From positions 76,975-140,974 of the forward strand of contig NGFH01000002.1 of NCBI GenBank assembly GCA_002215675.1: a stretch of DNA of 64,000 nt. The letters are read 5' to 3'. Made by a program: the position numbers and the translations under genes. Of this stretch, positions 13,079 through 19,837 are shown piece after piece. The stretch is from Bacteroidetes bacterium 2013_40CM_41_45 (GTDB lineage Bacteria > Bacteroidota > Bacteroidia > AKYH767-A > 2013-40CM-41-45). The notes beneath the pieces were generated by a model. The model had not been told where the DNA came from, searched no databases, and was given only the letters and a program-made list of their open reading frames with translations. The first letter of the stretch is position 1; every line of letters starts with the position of its first letter.

Positions 13079-13975
13079 TTAAGCAGGTACAGAAGAATTC
13101 TCTTTTATGGAAGAAGCTATTTCCTTCGGCTTGGTATTTAAAATGTAATCAACTGCTTTCTGCGCTTGCACGCTTGCATAAACAATAAAACGTTTATCGT
13201 TCTTCAGCCGTTCCAACCATCCTTGAATGTAAGCTGCGCTGTTTACAATTTCCACTGCAATTCCTGCCTGAGATTTAAGATAGCATGCTCCAATTTCAGC
13301 CGTAAGCTCCTCTATGGAATATAGTTCTGAGCCGTAAGGTTTGGAGTCCATAACTTCCTTTCTGTTCAGCCGATTTGCATGTCCAGTGCTATGCACAAGC
13401 TCATGAAAGAGCGCTCCATAATAGCTTGCACTGTCTTTAAAGCTTTTTATTCTGGGCATATTAACGTAATCCATTACTGGATGATAATATGCTTTCTGCT
13501 CCTTGTGTACAATTTTCGGTCGCATCTGCATAGCTTTTACAATCTCCTCACATTCTTCAATCGGATCGTTAGGCTTTTCTACCAATGGAATTTTTTCAAT
13601 TGGTATATGCTCGCACTGTGCGATGTTGAAGACCATGTGATAGCGGAGAAAAGCTCTTTTAACGGTCTCTCCGGTTTCTTCATTCTCTTCGTCAACCCAT
13701 TTCCAGAAGACAACGATATGCGCCTTTTCACCTTTGATAACTGTGCCGCCAAGCTCCTTTAGCTGCTTGAAGGTTAAAAAGTAATTTAAAGGATAATCCT
13801 GTAAGGCGAGAAGCATTACATTAATTCCCCGGTACGGTCTACGGGTAATAAGATTCTGCGGAACACCGGCTTCCGTCCATGGCTTTTGCCAGGGAACTTT
13901 GTTCTGCTGCAGTTGTTCGATGATTCTTTCTGTGACGATTTGATAAACGTCTTTTTTTGCTGTTGCTGTTTCCAT
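13079..13975 (-). CDS. ardC: ArdC-family antirestriction protein (ssDNA-binding DUF1738 + zincin-like domain)
   Basis: PWQKPW, NLITRRPYRGIN, LTFKQ...GGTV, HELVHSTGH, YSIEELTAEIGA and SAAYIQGW motifs. Confidence 0.92.
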   Translation of the reverse strand: METATAKKDVYQIVTERIIEQLQQNKVPWQKPWTEAGVPQNLITRRPYRGINVMLLALQDYPLNYFLTFKQLKELGGTVIKGEKAHIVVFWKWVDEENEETGETVKRAFLRYHMVFNIAQCEHIPIEKIPLVEKPNDPIEECEEIVKAMQMRPKIVHKEQKAYYHPVMDYVNMPRIKSFKDSASYYGALFHELVHSTGHANRLNRKEVMDSKPYGSELYSIEELTAEIGACYLKSQAGIAVEIVNSAAYIQGWLERLKNDKRFIVYASVQAQKAVDYILNTKPKEIASSIKENSSVPA

Positions 13976-14112
13976 TGCTTATATGTTTTGATTGTTAAGG
14001 AAAAAATTCTATAACAGTGTAAGCAATGGAAAGAAGAAGTCAACAGAAAAAACAGTTACAAATTGTCATCGGGTATCGAATCAAGAAGCGCAAAAATTGC
14101 ACAGGCATTTTA

Positions 14113-14145
14113 AAAAAAGTACCCCGCTTTTGGCGGGGACTTTTT
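14113..14145. terminator. Terminator-like hairpin
   Basis: AAAAAGTACCCCGC/GCGGGGACTTTTT, located downstream of the minus-strand small ORF. Confidence 0.65.
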
Positions 14146-14203
14146 ATTCGTGCGCATCACGAATAGAGCAGGATTAAATCCTGGGATTTCGGTAACAATT
14201 AAG

Positions 14204-14314
14204 TTACTTGCCTTTCGGACGTGGTGCCGGAGGATTATTACCTCTGCCACCACCTGAAGGCTTACCAGTATTTGTACTGGGACCGTTTACGGGTCTATGT
14301 TTATTCTTATACAT
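14204..14314 (-). CDS. Unannotated 36-aa Gly/Pro/basic peptide MYKNKHRPVNGPSTNTGKPSGGGRGNNPPAPRPKGK
   Basis: Translated by hand (below the track cut-off). ATG start, TAA stop, downstream terminator. The PST(N)TGxPSGGGRGNNPP pattern resembles a small-protein motif recalled from other bacteria. Confidence 0.6.
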   Translation of the reverse strand: MYKNKHRPVNGPSTNTGKPSGGGRGNNPPAPRPKGK

Positions 14315-14382
14315 GAAAAACAAAAGTACGAACTATTTTTTCTTCCTCGATTAATAAAGGGGCACGGGGAAATGTGTTCCCC

Positions 14383-14433
14383 GCAAGATAGCAAAGTGAG
14401 CGTCCAATGGTGACGGTCACTTTGCTATCTTGC
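14383..14433. repeat. Perfect 17-bp inverted repeat
   Basis: GCAAGATAGCAAAGTGA (14383-14399) / TCACTTTGCTATCTTGC (14417-14433). Confidence 0.85.
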
Positions 14434-14445
14434 TATGCGGGCCTC

Positions 14446-15765
14446 TTAATAGATAATACTGCTAAACGGTAAAGCTACGCTCAATCCGATTGAAAACTTA
14501 TCTCCAAAATCCTTATCAGGTTTAATGGTGTTGTTAACATCAAATGCTTTTAATTGCAATTCAATATTAACTTTTGCATCTTTATCCTTGCCTTCAAAGA
14601 CCATTGGAAAACCTAATTGAAAATTCAACGGATTGTAATCACCCGCAAGTTGTTCACCAGTCAAGCTTAATCCAATCCAGTCAAGTCCATGTAAAAAGTA
14701 TACTACCTGTCCTTTAAACCTGGCTGTAAAAAAAGTCTTGTATTGTCCGACAAATGCTTTGTCACTACTAAGCTGTGCGATTGAAATAGTATCGGTACCT
14801 CCCAACTGCTTATATTTATTTAAATCAATTTTATCAATATCCTCATTCTTCACTGTATTGTTTAAGTATCCACCGACATTAGCACTGAAAAAAAATTTTC
14901 CATATCTCTTACTTTCCCAGACATAAGTATAAATAACATTTCCTTCCCATGGATGAAATTTTTTTTCATCAAAGGCTGTTGTAAATGAATCGGCAACGCT
15001 ATAACTAGTATTTGTAAAAGGAGCATATGCACTTATACTTATCCAACTTATACGAACAGCATTATGAGAATTTTCATCATCATCAAATACTTCGGTTTCC
15101 TTTTTGGTAAAATTGGGTATAATTTTCTTATTATTTTCGTCAATAAATTCTGAACGTAACTCCGCATATGCTGCATCAGAAATAAATCTAGTTGCAACGT
15201 TGAAAGCATTTATTTTATTAATTAACTCAACTTTTTGAGTATTGAAAATTAATTTTCTTTTCGCCACCATTTTTTGCTGTTGAGTCGCTACAACATGTAA
15301 CGATTTGTTTTTTTGTTCCTGTTTTTTATTGTCAAACCAAACTGATCCTTTAAATAAACAAGTGAATTTTATATCCAGTCCAATCTTATCACTGAAATCA
15401 TTCTTTGAAAAAAGTTCAGCAAAATCATCGTCTGCTTTTGCTTTTAAACCTGTAGTTAAAATGTTTGTTAATCTGTTATCTTTGTTTGTTCGTAAATCAA
15501 AATTTCTTCCAAAAAAAAGAATCTTATCATCTATATCAGCGAGGACGTAATTTTTAAAAAGTGTCAAATCGCCTTCTTTGGCTAAGTAACTGGCTATTTT
15601 ATCAGCTATATAATTATTAAGAGCTTTGTCTGTTAAAATAACCTTACCACTGGTGTCAGCAATAGTTATGATAGTCTCGAGCCGAGTTATAGCATTGAAA
15701 TCATTGATTGTTACCAACGTATTTTGCATCAATAAATGCAAGCTAAACGCTATAAAGAAATTCAT
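14446..15765 (-). CDS. Hypothetical protein, probable outer-membrane beta-barrel C-terminus
   Basis: 439-aa ORF with amphipathic beta-strand pattern in the C-terminal half; no family recognised. Confidence 0.6.
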   Translation of the reverse strand: MNFFIAFSLHLLMQNTLVTINDFNAITRLETIITIADTSGKVILTDKALNNYIADKIASYLAKEGDLTLFKNYVLADIDDKILFFGRNFDLRTNKDNRLTNILTTGLKAKADDDFAELFSKNDFSDKIGLDIKFTCLFKGSVWFDNKKQEQKNKSLHVVATQQQKMVAKRKLIFNTQKVELINKINAFNVATRFISDAAYAELRSEFIDENNKKIIPNFTKKETEVFDDDENSHNAVRISWISISAYAPFTNTSYSVADSFTTAFDEKKFHPWEGNVIYTYVWESKRYGKFFFSANVGGYLNNTVKNEDIDKIDLNKYKQLGGTDTISIAQLSSDKAFVGQYKTFFTARFKGQVVYFLHGLDWIGLSLTGEQLAGDYNPLNFQLGFPMVFEGKDKDAKVNIELQLKAFDVNNTIKPDKDFGDKFSIGLSVALPFSSIIY

Positions 15766-15818
15766 TTGAATCTTGTGAGTAATGAGTAATAAATTGGTTC
15801 TACTTTATTTGTGGGATG

Positions 15819-16103
15819 CTATGGAAAATGAATTACCTGTCTATTGACAATTATTGCTTGATTGGTTGTTTTATTAATTTCAACTCGAACCATAACATCT
15901 TCTGGCATATTAGGAGCAGGATAGTGATAATTAAAAAATACTTCAATTAATGCAGTGCCAGGATTTTCTGCAATAACGCGAGTGCTAATTGAAAATAAAC
16001 GAGTACTAGGATTTGCGTCTCTACTCTGCCTTGCTTGATTGACCCACGGGTCGGTAAATACAATATCAATAACTGCTTTATGATTAATGCTATCCGGTTT
16101 CAT
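15819..16103 (-). CDS. Hypothetical protein
   Basis: 94-aa ORF, co-oriented with neighbours, ATG start after an A-rich leader. Confidence 0.55.
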   Translation of the reverse strand: MKPDSINHKAVIDIVFTDPWVNQARQSRDANPSTRLFSISTRVIAENPGTALIEVFFNYHYPAPNMPEDVMVRVEINKTTNQAIIVNRQVIHFP

Positions 16104-16160
16104 TTTATGTGGTTTTTAATTTTTACTTGTTTCATTCAATGATAATTTCTTCTCCCTTAT

Positions 16161-16631
16161 TTACTGGCAACGGCAGGCAACAGTCCATACACCTGCGCAG
16201 ATGTCAATTACAACCATTCTACAACTACGGTTTAAAGTGCAAGTACCAGAACACCTCCCAATTGAGGGTTGGCATATTTTAAAGTCCGGTCGTTCATTGC
16301 AATGGCAAAATCCATACGAGTCTTCATCGCAACCCGGAGCGCAGGGTCTTCCAAACATTAGGACTCCGTCTGAAAATGGATCGTCACCAAGCGAGATTAC
16401 CTTAAATCCTTTAAGGTCTTTATGTAATTTTTCATCATATGTTTCTCTCACAGCATCTTTAGTATATTCTTTCCATTGGTTGCCCGTGAGATAAATGATG
16501 GGATGTCCAGGTGCTTTATTTTTCTCAACCTCATTAAAATTGACCAGTTTTAATTTGGATTTAGCAGATTGCGATTGTGCGCTAAATACTATGAAAAGTA
16601 ATAGCACTGTTGCTGTAAAAAGTTTCTTCAT
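16161..16631 (-). CDS. Secreted protein with Cys-rich C-terminus
   Basis: Signal peptide MKKLFTATVLLLFIVFSAQS; 11 Cys in the last ~60 aa. Confidence 0.75.
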   Translation of the reverse strand: MKKLFTATVLLLFIVFSAQSQSAKSKLKLVNFNEVEKNKAPGHPIIYLTGNQWKEYTKDAVRETYDEKLHKDLKGFKVISLGDDPFSDGVLMFGRPCAPGCDEDSYGFCHCNERPDFKICQPSIGRCSGTCTLNRSCRMVVIDICAGVWTVACRCQ

Positions 16632-16653
16632 TGTATTGTATGTTTATTTGTCA

Positions 16654-16686
16654 GCCTACTCTTTGGCAGGATTTTCGGCTTACTCC
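16654..16686 (-). ncRNA. Leader RNA motif copy A (Flavo-1-like, GCCGAAAA...GAGUAGGC)
   Basis: Minus strand reads GGAGTAAGCCGAAAATCCTGCCAAAGAGTAGGC, 22 nt upstream of the 16631 start codon. Rfam identity is from memory only. Confidence 0.55.
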
Positions 16687-17087
16687 TATTTTTCGATATA
16701 TTTTTGCTCCTCATAGTTATCTGAGACAATGAGAGGGCAAACAGCGCATGCATCTGCACCGCTTTGATAGTACCATCTACAATCCGAACGGATGCCACAT
16801 TTAGGTAATCTTATTTTTACACTTATCCTTTCTGACTGCTCCATAACAGCTTCGATAATGCCGCATCCATTTCCCGTCCATTGCCTGCACCCGTTTTCTG
16901 CACAACGATTTGAGAAGCGAAATCTTTTTTCAGGTGATCGACCTTTGTGAGCAGTTGCAATAAACTCTTTAGTAACAGGTAACGGTTGCGATAGGAAGTT
17001 AACTGTACCCTGTGCTGTCACAATACCTATCACCTGAGCACCCTCATCACAGACAGCACTTGGGCATGACTTTTTTTCTTCTTCCAT
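16686..17087 (-). CDS. Cys-rich putative metal-binding protein
   Basis: 9 Cys: CPSA...RFRFSNRCAENGCRQW...LPKCGIRSDCRW...ACAVCP. Confidence 0.8.
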   Translation of the reverse strand: MEEEKKSCPSAVCDEGAQVIGIVTAQGTVNFLSQPLPVTKEFIATAHKGRSPEKRFRFSNRCAENGCRQWTGNGCGIIEAVMEQSERISVKIRLPKCGIRSDCRWYYQSGADACAVCPLIVSDNYEEQKYIEK

Positions 17088-17090
17088 TCC

Positions 17091-17330
17091 TTACCGAACC
17101 TTGAATTGGTTAAACGTTATGGAGTTCTTCAGCGCATCTGAAGTTCTGAAACGCTTCAACCAAATTCCTAACCATTCTTTTTTGGGAATTCTTTTGGCGC
17201 CCCAAATTGCGCCCAGGTCAATTTTTGCTACATGTTTTGAAACTACTGCCTGGATGTCTTTGTTAATTGCAGCTTTCTGTGCATTACTTAGTGGTATGTC
17301 CAACACCACGTTAAATCTTGTTGTTGCCAT
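17091..17330 (-). CDS. Small protein, tightly coupled to the downstream Cys-rich protein
   Basis: 79 aa; its stop lies 3 nt before the next ATG; preceded by leader motif copy B. Confidence 0.7.
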   Translation of the reverse strand: MATTRFNVVLDIPLSNAQKAAINKDIQAVVSKHVAKIDLGAIWGAKRIPKKEWLGIWLKRFRTSDALKNSITFNQFKVR

Positions 17331-17350
17331 TTGATTTAGTTTTATATGTC

Positions 17351-17382
17351 GCCTACTCTTTTCAGGATTTTCAGCTTACTCC
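17351..17382 (-). ncRNA. Leader RNA motif copy B (Flavo-1-like)
   Basis: Minus strand reads GGAGTAAGCTGAAAATCCTGAAAAGAGTAGGC, 20 nt upstream of the 17330 start. Confidence 0.55.
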
Positions 17383-17436
17383 GTTGAATAAAATGTAATT
17401 TTATTTAAGATTAATAGTTCAAGGTCGCTATTCATT

Positions 17437-18252
17437 TCATCGTTCTTCTTCAGGTAAAGCACGTCCAAGCATGTGGATAACAGCTGCATTAGCATTTTGA
17501 TAATCGCGGCAAAGTTTTGCCATGAAACAACAGAACACAAATGCTGCTGCTGCAACTAGCAGAATAATTACTGCATGAATATTCTCAGCAGGAGTTAAGG
17601 AAGAATTTTCTATTGGATTGCCTCCATCACGGAAAGGAGAATGAAAAACAAACATTGATAAAATATCTCCAATGAAAATAGTAAGAATAGTTGCGGCCGG
17701 AAGAAAGTAGAGCGATGAAAAAAGTGCCCTTGGTAATCTCCTTATGTTATTTTCATTGCTTGGAGCCGGTTGTAGTGAGTCTATCGGTCGGTCATTTTGT
17801 GTAGTGGTCGTGAATACCTGTAACGAAGTCACTCCATTGTAAATATATTTCTTAATGGCCATATTTGGCTCGTTGTTCGCTAACCTTAGAGCTTTTGCAA
17901 TCACATGATTTTCTCTCCTAAAAGAATAATATAAAAACAAAAACATGATTGTAATGATAAAGGAACCAAGTAGGCCTGCATCGGCTACATGAAATTTTAT
18001 TCCCAACACTGGCATTGTTATGAATGAACTGTCTATCCAGTCCTGAACAAGTTTTTGTTGGTTAGACATTGTTACTGCTTCACTCGACCATTTATTCATC
18101 AGAGCAAAACCTCTTAACCATGAAAAGTAAACATTAAATGCCGCAATGAATATTGATAAGCACAGTGTAACGAGTATAGACAACACCCATCGCGAACGCC
18201 TTAGAGATGTCTGCACTGCATTGATAAAGAGTTTTGCTAATTCTAAATCCAT
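17437..18252 (-). CDS. Multi-pass membrane protein (probable start MDLELAK at 18252)
   Basis: About four hydrophobic segments. The track's upstream extension to 18435 runs through the operator-like repeats and is probably non-coding. Confidence 0.7.
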   Translation of the reverse strand: MDLELAKLFINAVQTSLRRSRWVLSILVTLCLSIFIAAFNVYFSWLRGFALMNKWSSEAVTMSNQQKLVQDWIDSSFITMPVLGIKFHVADAGLLGSFIITIMFLFLYYSFRRENHVIAKALRLANNEPNMAIKKYIYNGVTSLQVFTTTTQNDRPIDSLQPAPSNENNIRRLPRALFSSLYFLPAATILTIFIGDILSMFVFHSPFRDGGNPIENSSLTPAENIHAVIILLVAAAAFVFCCFMAKLCRDYQNANAAVIHMLGRALPEEER

Positions 18253-18319
18253 TATTCTGTGAAAAAATTTGTTAATCCAAAGACGGCTGTAAAGGAATAT
18301 ATAATTTTTTTCATATCCA

Positions 18320-18394
18320 TTAGGGTTTTCCCTAGTTTTTTGATCCGAAAAAAGTTTAGGGTTTTCCCTAGTTTGCATTAGGGTTTTCCCTAGT
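18320..18394. promoter_or_regulatory. Three identical near-palindromic operator-like sites TTAGGGTTTTCCCTAGT
   Basis: Exact 17-mers at 18320, 18356 and 18378 in a divergent intergenic region. Confidence 0.7.
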
Positions 18395-18555
18395 ATTTTT
18401 TTTACACAATTTTTCCAACAACCAGCTGAAACCATTTAAGGACAAGCATTTCAGAGTTTTTTATACTGTTGTCATTGTCGGGAAGGGGTATGGGAACTTT
18501 TAATTGTTTATGATTCCAGAGTATTTTTGGAAATAATTTTTGATCAATATTAAAT

Positions 18556-18583
18556 GGGAAGCTGAAAACCGAATAGAATAGGC
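18556..18583 (+). ncRNA. Leader RNA motif copy C (Flavo-1-like, degenerate)
   Basis: GGGAAGCTGAAAACCGAATAGAATAGGC upstream of the 18631 ORF, same orientation as that gene. Confidence 0.45.
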
Positions 18584-18630
18584 AAACAAAAAAGTGCGGA
18601 GTCAGCACTATAATCACCGACAACCCTATT

Positions 18631-19212
18631 ATGAAACATTTTAAGAAAAGTCAACCAATCATTTTTTGTTTGATATTAAAGCCTAGTATGTGGATAGGAG
18701 TTTACTTCTTCCTAGTTAGTTTATTATGCTTATCCTGTCGCCACCAAACTGCTGAAAACAATGATGAATTACTAAATATTGAAATGGGAAATGATTCAAT
18801 ACAAATTAGTATGAATATTTTACCAAATCAAATGGGGAAATTTGAGTTTAAAAATAAATTTTTTGGTATAATTCCTAGAAAACTAACAGAGAGTTTACAA
18901 GAGCAGGAAATTGAATTTTATATTATTGACGCACCAACTTTCAAACTAGAGGAATTTACTATTGAAAATATTAAAAAGAAAAAATTAAACTTGAGCGCTC
19001 CTAAAAAAATCTCTTCATTCGTGCAACTGGAGCGAGAATTAAATTTGTTAGATTTAGGAATTGACAATGTTACAGTGGTTGCTAAAAAAATAGATGCAAG
19101 TGTGAAAAATGGTAAATTGACTGTTAAAGATTTGGACAATAAGACTACAACAGAATGTACTTGCCCATGCAGCGTAACATTTGATGATAAAGTAAAGGTT
19201 AGTTGTGACTAA
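18631..19212 (+). CDS. Putative lipoprotein with C-terminal CxCxC motif
   Basis: Hydrophobic segment ending LCLSC (lipobox-like); C-terminal ECTCPCS...SCD. Confidence 0.65.
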   Translation: MKHFKKSQPIIFCLILKPSMWIGVYFFLVSLLCLSCRHQTAENNDELLNIEMGNDSIQISMNILPNQMGKFEFKNKFFGIIPRKLTESLQEQEIEFYIIDAPTFKLEEFTIENIKKKKLNLSAPKKISSFVQLERELNLLDLGIDNVTVVAKKIDASVKNGKLTVKDLDNKTTTECTCPCSVTFDDKVKVSCD

Positions 19213-19537
19213 ATATGATACAGCTTCGAGGCGAGAATAGCACGAACCCGTGACATAAAGATTAAAGAAATTAAAAAAGAAAGGGTTTGTTCGGTATTAA
19301 ACAGTGGTGTATCTAACAACAGTGTAGCGTAATTCGAACAAGGATAACTGAAGATTATCCTTTATTCACACGCTGTCTTGCTATCTTAGAATACACAATT
19401 CCAATTTACAAGAGTTGTAGATATTTAAATGTTTATCTGCAATGCTAATCGCTAAGATTGACCAACAGGTGCTAACTTGAAACTGACAACTCAAAAATAT
19501 TTCGTTGAAAGATTGGTTTTTATTAAAAGGAAGTTCT

Positions 19538-19545
19538 TACATTTG
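19538..19545 (+). promoter_or_regulatory. Bacteroidota primary-sigma -7 element (TAnnTTTG)
   Basis: TACATTTG, 20 nt upstream of the precursor-peptide ATG. Confidence 0.65.
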
Positions 19546-19565
19546 GATTCTAAAATTTATACATT

Positions 19566-19736
19566 ATGGAAAATTTAACTGACAACAATGCTCTTGAGAC
19601 TTTGTCTTTAGATGCAATTGATTCGCTTGAGATTTCAGAGGCTACAGAAATCATCAGCCAAGTTGAATCAAACACGAAGTGGGAAGACACTTCAAAACAC
19701 ATTACTCATAATGGTGCGGGCATGAATTGTCCGTAA
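19566..19736 (+). CDS. Putative RiPP precursor peptide, 56 aa (absent from ORF track)
   Basis: Hand translation: MENLTDNNALETLSLDAIDSLEISEATEIISQVESNTKWEDTSKHITHNGAGMNCP. Acidic amphipathic leader plus Trp/His-containing C-terminus; own promoter; directly upstream of a HExxH enzyme. Confidence 0.8.
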   Translation: MENLTDNNALETLSLDAIDSLEISEATEIISQVESNTKWEDTSKHITHNGAGMNCP

Positions 19737-19778
19737 TCTGAAACCATCCCTCTTGATTGGGATTATGACTAATTTTAT

Positions 19779-19810
19779 AAAATGGAAACCATTTATGGTT
19801 TCCATTTTTT
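19779..19810 (+). terminator. Stem-loop between precursor and modifying-enzyme gene
   Basis: AAAATGGAAACCAT/ATGGTTTCCATTTT perfect 14-bp inverted repeat with T-tail. Confidence 0.7.
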
Positions 19811-19837
19811 ATGAGTATTGACAATTGAAAATATTAG

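Noticed and set aside
18320-18394. Possible mini-CRISPR array
   Set aside because: Repeats are only 17 bp, gaps are 19 and 5 nt, and no cas genes are present.
19230-19400. attC-like Bacteroidota cassette repeat before the RiPP locus (and near 21920-22040)
   Set aside because: Only weak, degenerate inverted segments; I could not align the two regions convincingly.
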